Notes: a model not told the origin generated them from the sequence alone. A stretch of 64,000 nt of DNA from an uncultured Gemmatimonadaceae bacterium (GCA_963740355.1 CAVUDW010000002.1:1856001-1920000), one strand, 5' to 3'. Numbered from the stretch's first letter, positions 38,699 to 49,356 are shown. Program-made: numbers and translations.

Positions 38699-40963
38699 TC
38701 AGGTGCCTGTGCCGATCTGTCGGGTGTACTTGAGCACCAGCGACCGTGACTGCGGGCGGACCCAGCGGAAGAATGAATCGGCTTCTTCACCATCATTGAA
38801 GACGATGAAGAGCCCAGTCCCCGCCGTGTTCAGCCAGCCGAAGCGGGCATTGGCCGTCCAGGCGCGGGCCTGGTTGTTGTACTGCACCAGCGAGTTGATG
38901 AAGATCTTGGGCGTGAAGTTGTAGCCCAGTCGCGTGCCGATCAGCGTGCGCTGGAAGTTGCCCTGGTCCAGATGCACATCGTTGAAGTCCAGCACCAGCG
39001 ACGAGGTGAACGCGGCACCCTTGCGGAAGGTGATCTGCGTGCGGCCGCCGTTGCGCGTGCCATTGTAGAACGGTCCGAAATCGACACGCGTCGTAAGTGA
39101 CAGTGAACGACTCGGGTCGGTATCCCAGTCGAAGCCATAGACGAAGTAATCGTAGCTGCCGGCAGGCAGCGTCACACCGGGAGCGATTGTGAACGGTGCC
39201 TGCAGCCCCTCGTGATACCAGTTCACTTCCGGCCCCGCACGCCCGCCGTTGTTGAACGTCACTTCCGTCAGGTCGAAGTGCACCTGGCCACTCTGGAAGT
39301 AGTTGTCCAACCCGTAGTAGCCGCGATACGACATGTGCGGATTCCACTGCCGCACATTCGTCCACGACGGCTTCCGCACCAGGCGCATCACGGTGCCTTC
39401 GACGTAGCGATAGCCGCCAGTCCGATTGAGGAAGCCGACTTCCGGATTGAAGTCCCGCCCCGCCTGCAGCACACGCACCGAGTTGCTCCAATCACGCGTC
39501 GTGTAGCTCGCGAGTGAGCTGAAAGCGAGATCGTCGTTGCCCTTGCCCGGTGTCTCGGTCTTGCCGCCCCACCAGTCGAAAGTCACCGCGTCGCTGACGC
39601 CGATGCGGCCATCCACACCATAGGTGCGATTGTGGTCGGGACCGGTGTCGCCGAGGCCGAGGCGCTGCACGCCGATCAGGCCCACGCGCGAGCGTCGGCC
39701 CAGTTCCTTCGTCAATCGCGCCACGGAATACGAATTGCCCGGCTGTGTCGCGCTTCGATCATCGGTCACGATCTGCAACAGTCCCACCGTCATGCCACCG
39801 ATACGCCCTGACACACGTCCACCGCCGCGAATCGGCACCGGATTGCCGAGGGAGTCGATGCCGATGCGACGCGTGAAGAAGAGATCGACCGCCTGCGGCG
39901 TGCCGGCCGAAAAGATGCCGGCATTTTCGAGGAAGAAGGTGCGCTTCTCGGGAAAGAAGAGCGGGAACCGGGTCAGGTTTGTCCGCTGCTCATCGACTTC
40001 CACCTGCGCGAAGTCGGTGTTGTACGTCAGGTCGAGTGTCAGGCTTGGCGTGATGCCGTATTTCGCATCCACACCGAACTCGGTCGGATGGCGGTACTTC
40101 TGGTCCACGGCAAAGGTGCGCGTGTTGGAACTCAGCGCATATGGCGTCACCGTGGCCACCCGACGCACCGGCACGGTCAGCCCGCCAAGGGTGCCGGCGC
40201 GCGAGAGGCGATAGAGCGAGAACTGCCGCGGCACGAACGACCAGAGCGCTTCTTCATTCTTCCGTCGAATGCTGCGCGCCATGTTCATGCCCCACGTCTG
40301 CTTTGCATCGCCACCATAACGCAGCGTCGAAAACGGGATGCGGAACTCGGCATACCAGCCATTGCCATCCACCGACGTCGCCACCTTCCAGCTGCCGTCC
40401 CAGTTCAGGTTGAATCCGCCGAGCGCTCCGCTCTGCGCCCGTGTCTGCCCCGTCTGAGTCACGGCTCCACCTTCACCTTCGCGCGTCACCTGCCCATCGT
40501 ATTCGACACCGGCGGGCGTCGTCGCAAACACGAACCCGTTCTGCTTGTCGAGATAGGTGTCGAGGATGATCGCGAAATAGTCGCTGTTGGTGAGCAGCAC
40601 GTCGCGCAACTTTTCGCCGGCCACGATACCCTGTGGTTCCTTGTCATAGAGCCACGCCCCGATGTAGAGCGCCTGCCCATCGGTGAGGATGCGGACCTCG
40701 GTGCGTTCGGTCGCGGGATCGCCTTCCTTCGCTTCGCGCTGGATGAAGCCGTCGAAGGGAGTGGCCGCTTTCCACGCCTCTTCATCGAGATGGCCGTCGA
40801 TGGTCGGCGGTGTCGTAACCAGCGTCGCGAGCCCGGCGCGGCCGGCGCCAGCGTGAACGACGCGCGGCGCTGGGGCCATCGGCTGGGCGAGCGCGACACG
40901 GGTCGGGATCGAAAGCAGGGAAATCGCGCTGAGCGCGCGAATGAGGTACGAGCGTGAGGACAT
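38699..40963 (-). CDS. CBM9-like sugar-binding domain + DUF5916 beta-barrel protein
   Basis: PPTIDGHLDEEAW, WYAEFRIPFSTLRY, NTDFAQVEVD, FPEKRTFFLE, LFFTRRIG. Confidence 0.85.
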   Translation of the reverse strand: MSSRSYLIRALSAISLLSIPTRVALAQPMAPAPRVVHAGAGRAGLATLVTTPPTIDGHLDEEAWKAATPFDGFIQREAKEGDPATERTEVRILTDGQALYIGAWLYDKEPQGIVAGEKLRDVLLTNSDYFAIILDTYLDKQNGFVFATTPAGVEYDGQVTREGEGGAVTQTGQTRAQSGALGGFNLNWDGSWKVATSVDGNGWYAEFRIPFSTLRYGGDAKQTWGMNMARSIRRKNEEALWSFVPRQFSLYRLSRAGTLGGLTVPVRRVATVTPYALSSNTRTFAVDQKYRHPTEFGVDAKYGITPSLTLDLTYNTDFAQVEVDEQRTNLTRFPLFFPEKRTFFLENAGIFSAGTPQAVDLFFTRRIGIDSLGNPVPIRGGGRVSGRIGGMTVGLLQIVTDDRSATQPGNSYSVARLTKELGRRSRVGLIGVQRLGLGDTGPDHNRTYGVDGRIGVSDAVTFDWWGGKTETPGKGNDDLAFSSLASYTTRDWSNSVRVLQAGRDFNPEVGFLNRTGGYRYVEGTVMRLVRKPSWTNVRQWNPHMSYRGYYGLDNYFQSGQVHFDLTEVTFNNGGRAGPEVNWYHEGLQAPFTIAPGVTLPAGSYDYFVYGFDWDTDPSRSLSLTTRVDFGPFYNGTRNGGRTQITFRKGAAFTSSLVLDFNDVHLDQGNFQRTLIGTRLGYNFTPKIFINSLVQYNNQARAWTANARFGWLNTAGTGLFIVFNDGEEADSFFRWVRPQSRSLVLKYTRQIGTGT

Positions 40964-41166
40964 CGAATGCGTTAGTGGCGGGGAGGTCACGTGGCGCGTC
41001 GGACGAGCGGAACAGTAAGGCGTGTTCACGCCCCGTACGAGGAACAGAGGCTAGGCGTTGGGGGCTGGCCACCGGCACAGCGAACGCTGGAGCGCCGCGT
41101 TGACAGACGCTGTGAATCGGACTAACTACTGGAAAGCCAGTAGTTCATGATTTCCCCCGGAGGCGC

Positions 41167-42363
41167 ATGCGGCAGTGTGATCGAGTCGGGCAGGGCAGTG
41201 CCGGCAACGCCCGACCCACGCTGCGGCGGGCGCGAGCCATCGCGGTTGCTGTCCTCGGCTTCGCGATCGCTGCAGCGCCGACGGCCAGCGCGCAGGGGAG
41301 CGGCACCTTGCAGGGCCAGGTGATCGCGACCCAGACCGGTGTGGCGCTGGCCTATGCGGTCGTCAGCGTTCCACAACTCGCCGTCGAACGCTTCACCGAT
41401 CCGGACGGTCGGTTCACACTCACCACGCTGCCTGCCGGGAAATTCGAGGTGCTGGTCAAGCGCATCGGGTATTCGCCCTATCGTGCGCAGGTGGAGATCG
41501 CGGCGACGGGGATCACGCGACTCGACGTCCGGTTGACGCAATTGCCGGTACGAATTGCGGGCATGACCGTTCGCGCGCTCGCCAACTGCCCGCACCCGGG
41601 TGTGCCGACGGAGGCGGCGGAACCGGAGGTCTTTACGCTGATCTCACTGCTGCGTGAGAACGCGGATCGATATCGCTTGCTCTCCTCGCAGTATCCGTTC
41701 GTCTACCTGCAGGTGCGAGCCGTTGGTGCCCTGCGTGACACGACGCTATTCGTGCAGCGCGTGGACACGGTGCTGGTGAAGAGCGCGACGCGTGTCACCT
41801 ACCGCGCGGGTCGCGTGGTCGAGCGCACACGCAGTCCGCGAGGCGGCGCCGAGTACACGATGGCGATACCAACCATTCTCGACCTCGCGGACGAGGAGTT
41901 CTCGCGCAATCACTGCTTTTCGTTTGGCGGCACGAGTGTCCACGCCGGTGAAACCTGGCTTCGCCTAGAAGTGCGCGCGGCCGATCGAATCAAGGGACCT
42001 GACGTCCACGGCAACTTCTACCTCGACAGTGCCACATCGCAGCTTCGGCGCATGGACCTGACGCTCAGTCGGCCGGAGCGCTTGCCGCGTGAACTGCGCG
42101 CGGTGAGCGGCGTGGATGCGATGACCTCATTTCTCGACATCGCCGCGGGACTGTCGGTGATCGACCGCGTCTGTGGCTTGAATCACATTCGGGCGGGTAC
42201 GGCCCGGTCTGTGAAGGTGACGCCTGCTGAACTGCAACAGTTGCTGCAGTACGAGTTCACGGAGCCGCCCCCGGGTGTTCGGGCGGCGGCGGGGCGGGCG
42301 GCGCCAGAGGACTGGCGCGCCGGAGCGAAGCTGACCAAGGAAGTCGTCTGGTGCGCGAATTGA
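41167..42363 (+). CDS. Exported protein with N-terminal carboxypeptidase-regulatory-like (CarboxypepD_reg) domain
   Basis: Signal peptide; GTLQGQV, FTDPDGRFTL, PAGKFEVLVKRIGY; GGAGG RBS. Confidence 0.75.
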   Translation: MRQCDRVGQGSAGNARPTLRRARAIAVAVLGFAIAAAPTASAQGSGTLQGQVIATQTGVALAYAVVSVPQLAVERFTDPDGRFTLTTLPAGKFEVLVKRIGYSPYRAQVEIAATGITRLDVRLTQLPVRIAGMTVRALANCPHPGVPTEAAEPEVFTLISLLRENADRYRLLSSQYPFVYLQVRAVGALRDTTLFVQRVDTVLVKSATRVTYRAGRVVERTRSPRGGAEYTMAIPTILDLADEEFSRNHCFSFGGTSVHAGETWLRLEVRAADRIKGPDVHGNFYLDSATSQLRRMDLTLSRPERLPRELRAVSGVDAMTSFLDIAAGLSVIDRVCGLNHIRAGTARSVKVTPAELQQLLQYEFTEPPPGVRAAAGRAAPEDWRAGAKLTKEVVWCAN

Positions 42364-42382
42364 GCGGTGGCGTTTGGCGATG

Positions 42383-43714
42383 CTACGCCTCAGCCACCGC
42401 CGGTCGCTCCCAGAGTCGCGTCAGGGCGCCTTCGTGCGTCGCAGTCCAGAGCCAGGCGGCGTCGCCGGCGGCGATGTAGAGATCCGTCGGAAGGAGGGGC
42501 TCCTTGAACTCCTCACGCGTCTCCGGCGGAATGGCTTCGCCCGCCGCCAGCGCGGCTGCCGCTTCGTCGAGCAGAGGGGAGAGGTGGTGCGCGACATGGC
42601 CGATCTGGACCAGTTGGCGACCGTGAATCAGGCCGCCGCCCCCTAGCTGCAGCGCGCCTGCCCAGCGCACGCGACTCTTGCGAGCGAAGAGTGCGCCGAT
42701 GGTTCGTGCGACCGATGCGTGCCGCGCCTCGGGGAAGCCGCAGTTCAATACCATCGCCAGGGTCAACGGCGGTGGGGACGGATCGGCGGCCCGATCGGCA
42801 AGGATGGCCTCGAGCACACGCGTCACCAGCGAGGGTAGTGCATCGATGTAGATCGGTGACGCAATCACGAGCAGGTCGCACTCTCGGAGTGCCGCAACGA
42901 ATGCCTGCAGTGACTCGGCCGAATGGGTCTCGCGCTGCACATGTCGCACTTCCCCTTCGATGCCGCGCATCGCGAGCTGCTCCATCAGTTGTTGCCCAAG
43001 GCTTTCCGATGTGCTCGAGCCGCGTGGCTTTGCGCTACCGACCAGCAGCATCGCACGCTTCGGCGGCGCACCATCGGCGGCGAGTGGCATCACCGGCAGG
43101 AGCTGGTCGACGTTGGCCACCAGCTTAGGTTCGCTCGGCACCTTCGGCAGCGTCAGTGTCGAAACCAGCGCATCACACGCGCCGAACGCCTCACCCACGG
43201 GATGGCGGCGATTGACGATACCGACCGCATGTTTGGGCGAGGCGAAGTTGATCGCGTTGCGCATGGCCAGCACCCGCACCGTCTGCTCGCTGTCGGCGTC
43301 AGCCGCGTCCTGAACGGCGATCACGCCGAGCGACGGGGGATAGGCGTAGCGCGGCACATGGTGCACCTCACCGTCGATCTTGCGGAAGAATGGGAGCAGC
43401 GTGCCCAACGTGCGATCGAGCATCTTCTTCGTCTCCGACGAATAGCTGCCGAATTGCACGGGTGTGACCAGCACGACCACGTCGCTGACGGTGAAGTCGC
43501 GCGAGAGGTCGCGGCCGCCGTCGTCGATCTTGCAGGTGCCGGGCGTATGCGTCCAGCACTCGAAGCAGCCCTGACAGTAGGCAACCGGCACGTCGCGCAG
43601 GATCACCGACTCCACCGCGTATTTGCGCGCGACGAAGTCGGCGGTGAGCCGGGTGGTGATCTCATCGAGCAGCGGATCGGGCCCGAGGGCGCCGTTCAGG
43701 ATCAGTGCGCGCAT
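42383..43714 (-). CDS. Tandem flavodoxin-like protein with an iron-sulfur-flavoprotein Cys motif
   Basis: LILNG, CQGCFECWTHTPGTC, TPVQFGSYS; second domain LLVGSAKP, ASPIYIDALP, NCGFPE. Confidence 0.85.
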   Translation of the reverse strand: MRALILNGALGPDPLLDEITTRLTADFVARKYAVESVILRDVPVAYCQGCFECWTHTPGTCKIDDGGRDLSRDFTVSDVVVLVTPVQFGSYSSETKKMLDRTLGTLLPFFRKIDGEVHHVPRYAYPPSLGVIAVQDAADADSEQTVRVLAMRNAINFASPKHAVGIVNRRHPVGEAFGACDALVSTLTLPKVPSEPKLVANVDQLLPVMPLAADGAPPKRAMLLVGSAKPRGSSTSESLGQQLMEQLAMRGIEGEVRHVQRETHSAESLQAFVAALRECDLLVIASPIYIDALPSLVTRVLEAILADRAADPSPPPLTLAMVLNCGFPEARHASVARTIGALFARKSRVRWAGALQLGGGGLIHGRQLVQIGHVAHHLSPLLDEAAAALAAGEAIPPETREEFKEPLLPTDLYIAAGDAAWLWTATHEGALTRLWERPAVAEA

Positions 43715-44245
43715 ACACGACCTATGGGTCAGGAAGGCTGGATTCGCCCGGAGGCGGGCGGGATGCGACAAGGTTGCGATTTTGCCCCGTCTTTCTCATC
43801 GGCCGTCGCCTGACGGCGTGTGGGGGTGTGCCTGACAGGCGGCGGTTCTGCGCGCGAGGTCTCGCGCGCGCCGCATCGATTGGCGGTGTGCGTCCTCGAC
43901 GATTGCGCACGAATCTCGTGGTGCGCATACACGTATCACGTACTCGACTGACGTTGTTTACCTGAGTACGTCGCACGAGCTCCGCTCGAGCGCGGCAGCA
44001 CATGCATCAGCTTGTGAATGAATATTTGCACACATCTTGCGTAAATCACTTTTGCGTGCAGGTGTGTTGTGCGCGCAGGTGTGAAGTGCGCATTCTGTCT
44101 CGCTCGTCCTGACGCCACTGCGCGACAGCGGGCAGCCGCGAAACTCACCCTGCGACGAAGCGGGCGACGGAGCAACACTCCCGCGCCGCTCGCTCACTCG
44201 GGCATGGGAGTGCAGGGATCGCCACGTCGATTCCAGGGGGGACCG

Positions 44246-46957
44246 ATGCACGAACAGGGCAAGCGCAAGACAGGAAACGGTGGTGGGGCCACTCGTGCGT
44301 CGTCGCCCCCGCGGATCAGCAGCGCCATGCTTGGGCAGAACACGCCGGAGATGGTGGCGGCCATCGAGGCGATGCCAGCGACTGACGGCGCCATCGATTC
44401 AATGTCCGAGATGCTGCGTCAATCAGGCGGTGCCGACACGATGCCCGGGATGTCATTCACCGGCGACGCGGCCACCGAGATGCTGCATGGCATGGACATG
44501 GACGGCGGCGCTGGTGGTGGCGACGACGTGATGCGGGGCGGACCGCCACGCGATGACGCCGCGGCAACCGACACAGGTGGTGAGCAGATACCGGTGCTGC
44601 TCGAATTGCGTGTCGACGCGGGCAATGCGGCGCGGAGTGCGTTCCAGATCACCGGCGCCTTTGCCAACTCGGGCTTCGCGCTCGATGATGGGTTCGAGGC
44701 AATTCCGATGGAGGCGCCGCGTGCAGAAGGAGAGAGTCTGCGTGCGGGAGCGGCAGCCGAAGCCACGCTCATCGTGCGTGGGACGATCGCCGCTGACCAG
44801 ATCGCAGCGCTCGAAGCACGGCCGGATGTGGTCAAGGTCTGGCGCGACACACGTATCGAGCCGTTCGGTGCGTCGATCGCCGAGGTCGAGACACAAACCG
44901 CATTGGTCGCACCGCTGGCCGCATTCGGTGCCTGCCCGATCGGCACCTGCGACTGTTCGCCAGGCACTCCGAAAGGCACGATGGCGGACGTCGCGAACTA
45001 CCTCGGCGTGGACCAGATCTGGAGCGCGGGCTATCGCGGAGAGGGCATCGTGGTCGGTGTCGTCGATGGCGGCATCACCGCGCAAGGCCGTCCGATCAGC
45101 GCGTCGGACACCTCGAAGCCCGACTGGCCGAACAAGCTGGTGCCGAATGTGATCGGCGGGTTCCCGGCGACGAATTGGGGCACGACGGGTGCGGGTTGGG
45201 GATGGCACGGCAACATGACGTCCACCGACGTGCTTGGGATGGCTCCCAATGCACGTGTCTACGACATTCGAATCGGTGATGCGACCATTGCAACGACCAT
45301 CTCCAACGCACTCGCCGGCTTCCAGTGGGCGATCAACCAGCATCGCACCGACGGCACACCGCAGATCCTCACCAACAGCTGGGGTATTTTCCAGGAATCG
45401 TGGGATCCGCTTTATGCGCGCGATCCGAATCATCCCTTCACGCGCAAGGTGGTCGAGGCGCTGAACGAAGGGATCATCGTGATGTTCGCCGCCGGCAACT
45501 GTGGCGGTACCTGTCCCGACGGTCGATGTGGTGCGGATAGCGGTCCCGGTCGCAGCATCTGGGGGGCGAACAGTCACCCGCGTGTGATCACGGTGGGGGC
45601 CGTGAATCGCAACGAACAATTCGTGGGGTACAGCAGCCAGGGCCCCGGTGCACTCGATGCGAACAAGCCGGACTTCTGCTCGATCACACACTTCACCGGT
45701 TTCTTCAACAGTGACAGCGGTACCTCGGCTGCGACTCCGATTGCCGCGGGCGTGGCGGCCCTGCTGAAACAGGCGAGTCCGGGGCTGACACAGGATCAGT
45801 TGAAAGCCACGCTGCGCAACACTGCGAAAGACATCGGACCGGCCGGATGGGATCAGCACTCCGGGGCGGGCATCATTCGACCGCGCATTGCGTTCGACAC
45901 TGTTGCACCCGCACCGGAGCCCTCCGGCCCCGCGGTATCCTGGGGCCCGAATCGACTCGACATCTTCGTGCTCGGCACCAATCGCGCGATGTGGCACAAG
46001 TGGTGGAACGGTGGGTCATGGGGACCGTCGCTCACCGGCTTCGAGTCACTTGGCGGGATCTGCAACACCGCCCCTGAAGTGGTGGCGTGGGGGCCGAATC
46101 GTCTCGACGCATTCGTGCTCGGCACCGATTCCGCGCTCTACCACAAGGCGTGGAATGGCTCGTCGTGGAGCCCGTCGGTGGCTGGATACGAACGCCTCGG
46201 TGGTGTCTGTCAGTCGCGGCCGAGTGTGGCGAGTTGGGGACCGAACCGCCTCGATGCATTCGTGACCGGCACGGATTCCGCGCTGTATCACAAATGGTGG
46301 AACGGCTCCGGATGGGGCCCGTCGGCAACAGGCTTCGAATACATGGGTGGTGTGTGTCTCGGAGAACCGAAGGCGGTCGCGTGGGGACCGAACCGTCTCG
46401 ATGTGTTCGTACTGGGCACCAACCGCGCGTTGTACCACAAGTGGTGGAACGGCTCGGCGTGGGGGCCATCCGTCACGGGGTACGAGTACATGGGCGGCGT
46501 CTGCAGCAGTTCTCCTGAAGTCGTGGCCTGGGGCGCAAACCGCCTCGATGTGTTCGTGCTTGGCACCAACCGCGCGTTGTATCACAAGTGGTGGAACGGC
46601 TCGGCCTGGGGGCCGTCGGTGACCGGGTATGAGTTCATGGGTGGCGTCTGCGCATCACCGCCAACGGTGGTGTCGTGGGGTGCGAACCGGCTCGATGTCT
46701 TCGTGATCGGCACCGATTCGGCGCTCTATCACAAGTGGTGGAATGGCTCGGCGTGGGGCCCGTCCGTCACCGGCTGGGAGAACATGGGCGGCGTCTGCAC
46801 CAGCCCTCCACGCGTCGTGGCGTGGGGGCAGAACCGACTCGACGTCTTCGTCACGGGTACTGATTCGCAAGTCTACCACAAGTGGTGGAACGGATCCGCG
46901 TGGGGACCGTCGCTCACCGGCTGGGAAGCACAGGGAGGAATCGTCACCGGATTCTGA
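44246..46957 (+). CDS. S8 subtilisin-like protease with C-terminal 7x49-aa lectin-type (PLL/DUF346-like) beta-propeller
   Basis: Catalytic D (VVDGG), H (WHGNMT), N (AAGN), S (GTSAATP); seven WGxNRLDxFVxGT..LYHKWW repeats. Start approximate. Confidence 0.9.
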   Translation: MHEQGKRKTGNGGGATRASSPPRISSAMLGQNTPEMVAAIEAMPATDGAIDSMSEMLRQSGGADTMPGMSFTGDAATEMLHGMDMDGGAGGGDDVMRGGPPRDDAAATDTGGEQIPVLLELRVDAGNAARSAFQITGAFANSGFALDDGFEAIPMEAPRAEGESLRAGAAAEATLIVRGTIAADQIAALEARPDVVKVWRDTRIEPFGASIAEVETQTALVAPLAAFGACPIGTCDCSPGTPKGTMADVANYLGVDQIWSAGYRGEGIVVGVVDGGITAQGRPISASDTSKPDWPNKLVPNVIGGFPATNWGTTGAGWGWHGNMTSTDVLGMAPNARVYDIRIGDATIATTISNALAGFQWAINQHRTDGTPQILTNSWGIFQESWDPLYARDPNHPFTRKVVEALNEGIIVMFAAGNCGGTCPDGRCGADSGPGRSIWGANSHPRVITVGAVNRNEQFVGYSSQGPGALDANKPDFCSITHFTGFFNSDSGTSAATPIAAGVAALLKQASPGLTQDQLKATLRNTAKDIGPAGWDQHSGAGIIRPRIAFDTVAPAPEPSGPAVSWGPNRLDIFVLGTNRAMWHKWWNGGSWGPSLTGFESLGGICNTAPEVVAWGPNRLDAFVLGTDSALYHKAWNGSSWSPSVAGYERLGGVCQSRPSVASWGPNRLDAFVTGTDSALYHKWWNGSGWGPSATGFEYMGGVCLGEPKAVAWGPNRLDVFVLGTNRALYHKWWNGSAWGPSVTGYEYMGGVCSSSPEVVAWGANRLDVFVLGTNRALYHKWWNGSAWGPSVTGYEFMGGVCASPPTVVSWGANRLDVFVIGTDSALYHKWWNGSAWGPSVTGWENMGGVCTSPPRVVAWGQNRLDVFVTGTDSQVYHKWWNGSAWGPSLTGWEAQGGIVTGF
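45938..46954 (+). repeat. Seven intragenic 147-bp (49-aa) tandem repeats
   Basis: The TGG-GG (Trp-Gly) repeat start recurs at 45941 and 46088, a 147-bp period; seven copies in the translation. Confidence 0.92.
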
Positions 46958-46989
46958 TCACGACGCGGTGAACCAGAGGCAAGTCAACG

Positions 46990-47023
46990 CGGAGCGGCGT
47001 CGGGTGAGTCCGACGCCGCTTCG
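46990..47023. terminator. Strong hairpin between convergent genes
   Basis: AGCGGCGTCGG-gtgagt-CCGACGCCGCT (11-bp perfect stem). Confidence 0.65.
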
Positions 47024-47083
47024 TGTGCGTCCGCCCCACACCCTTTGAACCCCGGCCGTCGCCGCGACGCTGGGCGTGACAGT

Positions 47084-48325
47084 TCAGGCGGAGACGGTGG
47101 CGGGCTGACAGTCGAGCAGATGCCCGTGATGAAAGCCAAGTCGCGGATCGGCATTCTTCGGCATCGGGATGTACTCCTGGATGTCCGGCATCTTCACCCG
47201 CAGGCGAATCGTGTTCGACGGGTAGTCGTAGATCGTGATGTGATTCAGGCCGCGATTGGCGGTGAAGAGCAGCGACTGATCGGCACTCAGCTTGCAGGCG
47301 TGCACCGAGTCCATCATGGTGAATCGACTCACGCGCATCGCGCCAAGCAGGTGCTCGGTCTGTGTGAACAGGCCGCCGCGCGCCAGCGTGTCGTAGAGCT
47401 GCGTCTTCGCCTGGCGCCGATTGGCGAACTGCTCACGAAGGCCAGGCTTCTCGTCGATGATGCGGAAGGTGGCGAAGTCGTCGAGCTGGATGAAGACGAT
47501 CGTCTGGCTCGCGCCATTGCAGAAGATCAACTCCGTGTCGGAGATCGTGAGGTCGCTGTTGATGTGCGCTGGGATGTCGCGGCCGGCGCTCCAGTGGCGC
47601 ACGATCTCTCCAGTCGCGGCATCCACTTCGAACGCGTATTCTCGCAGGTACGAGATCGCCCACTGGTGATAGTCCACGCGGTCCATCGGGTGCACACGAA
47701 ACGAAACGCCGTAGAAGAGGTCCTCGGTGCGATGTGGCACCGTGTGCCAGCAGGTGGCCGGGAGCTTCACGACTCGGATCTCGCCGGATCTGGTGTCCCA
47801 GATCCCCATCTCACGGGCCTCGCCGTGGCGACCCTTGGCAGGGTTGTCCATTGCGCCGAACACGATGTAGCGGCCTGACTTCGTCTGCTGCAGACCGTGT
47901 ACGATGCCCATGCCATGCTGCGCGAGTTTCTCCGGCTTCGAGAGCGACTGCGCGTCGAAGAGGTAGAGATGATCGCCGACGGAAGTGACGAAGCGGCGCT
48001 CGTCGAGCCAGACCGCGTGGGTGCTCCCGCGAAGCGAACTGTCTGGGATCTCGAAGCGGAGCGTCGAGATGCGATCGAGCTCTGCGCCACTGCGTGTATC
48101 GTAGAGCAGCAGGTGCTGGCCAGCGTTGCCCAGAAATCCGATCGAACCGGTTGGGTCTACGGTGGTGGCGTGACCTCCGGCGATGCCGTCGTGGAAGCGG
48201 ATGTTGTAGGCGTAGCTGTTGTCCGCCGGATCGAACAGAAAGATGCAGAGCCCGGCACGACCCTCGAGGCCGTTGATGCCATTGCCATCGAGTGCGATGT
48301 GGAACGCGTAGGGGTACCGCTTCAT
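47084..48325 (-). CDS. Hypothetical His-rich beta-propeller protein, no signal peptide
   Basis: Propeller-like strands (LLLYDTRSG, IWDTRSGE, EVDAATGEI, LSADQSLLFTANRG); strong codon bias. Confidence 0.75.
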   Translation of the reverse strand: MKRYPYAFHIALDGNGINGLEGRAGLCIFLFDPADNSYAYNIRFHDGIAGGHATTVDPTGSIGFLGNAGQHLLLYDTRSGAELDRISTLRFEIPDSSLRGSTHAVWLDERRFVTSVGDHLYLFDAQSLSKPEKLAQHGMGIVHGLQQTKSGRYIVFGAMDNPAKGRHGEAREMGIWDTRSGEIRVVKLPATCWHTVPHRTEDLFYGVSFRVHPMDRVDYHQWAISYLREYAFEVDAATGEIVRHWSAGRDIPAHINSDLTISDTELIFCNGASQTIVFIQLDDFATFRIIDEKPGLREQFANRRQAKTQLYDTLARGGLFTQTEHLLGAMRVSRFTMMDSVHACKLSADQSLLFTANRGLNHITIYDYPSNTIRLRVKMPDIQEYIPMPKNADPRLGFHHGHLLDCQPATVSA

Positions 48326-48453
48326 GTCGCAGATTCCGGTGATGGTTCATCAGTGTCGCGCACAACGATTCGCGCCCGCCTTGCCAGAGCCGCCCCACCC
48401 AATGCACACTTCGCGTTCTGTCGTGTCACAGGAGTGGCCACTCACGAGCTGCC

Positions 48454-48798
48454 ATGCAGAACGACTTCTCTGATCTCGAACAGCGTGCGCTCGAACTTCC
48501 CGTCGGCACGGCCACACCGCTGACACGCGACGAGGTGGATCGTCTGCTGCGTGATCCCGCCTACCGCTCGAGCCTCGGCACACCCGCACACGCCACCCAC
48601 TTTCGCCGGCCCCTCGCCGATGGTCGCGGCATGCACCTGGTGATCGATGCCGAGGGGAACGCGGGTCTGCACTGGGATCGCTTCGACCCACAAGCGAGTC
48701 CGACTGGACTCATGATGCACCTGCTGACCGATGCGCCGGAGCAGGCGCTGTCGCTGTTGGCCGCTGGATCAGCGGTGCTGCGCCGGCTCGGTGGCTGA
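48454..48798 (+). CDS. Small hypothetical protein (GMHLV...HWDRFDP...HL..D)
   Basis: 114-aa ORF with good codon bias filling the gap; its 3' end overlaps the convergent gene by 30 nt. Confidence 0.6.
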   Translation: MQNDFSDLEQRALELPVGTATPLTRDEVDRLLRDPAYRSSLGTPAHATHFRRPLADGRGMHLVIDAEGNAGLHWDRFDPQASPTGLMMHLLTDAPEQALSLLAAGSAVLRRLGG

Positions 48799-49356
48799 CG
48801 CGCGCCGCGATCCTGTCGAGCCGTTGGTGACGAAGACTTCGACCGCCGCACCTAGATCCTGCAGGGTCTTCGCCAGCAACGTCGCTGCTGCATCCTCGAG
48901 CCCTCCCTTCAGCCGTCCCTGACCGAGTGGGCCCAGGGCGCCCGGACCGAGCGACGCCGAGATCTCGAACGACATGCGACTGCCACGTCCGCCCATCGCT
49001 GATTCGAGGCGCGTACTGCCGGAACCGGAGAGGCTGCCTGCCAGCAATCGCGACTCGACGGTCCAATGCGACTCGAGTTTGCCTTCGTGCCAGCTGGCGC
49101 GTTCGACCCACGTGAGCGCGTCACCATCCACGAAGCGTCCCATCGCCGAGGGCAAGGCTGCGCTCGCTCGCCACTCGTGCACGGTGCTGACCACACCATC
49201 GGCATCACCGGCATGTTCGAGTCGCGTGACCGACTCGATCCCCTTCATCCACGATGCCACCGATGGCAGGTCGTCTCGCAACGCAGACCAGACGCGCTCG
49301 GGGGGCACTCGCAGCATCACCATTCGCCGAAGGTTGACCTTCTGGTGTTCGTTCAT
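48769..49356 (-). CDS. SRPBCC/START-fold lipid-binding-like protein
   Basis: VPPERVWSALRD, IESVT, WVERASW, long C-terminal helix; ATGA overlap with the SDR gene. Confidence 0.7.
   Translation of the reverse strand: MNEHQKVNLRRMVMLRVPPERVWSALRDDLPSVASWMKGIESVTRLEHAGDADGVVSTVHEWRASAALPSAMGRFVDGDALTWVERASWHEGKLESHWTVESRLLAGSLSGSGSTRLESAMGGRGSRMSFEISASLGPGALGPLGQGRLKGGLEDAAATLLAKTLQDLGAAVEVFVTNGSTGSRRASATEPAQHR

Noticed and set aside
44453..45997. 514-aa antisense ORF opposite the S8 gene, and similar ORFs such as 52657..53958
   Set aside because: Mirror-frame artefacts of strong GC3 codon bias with no protein-like motifs.
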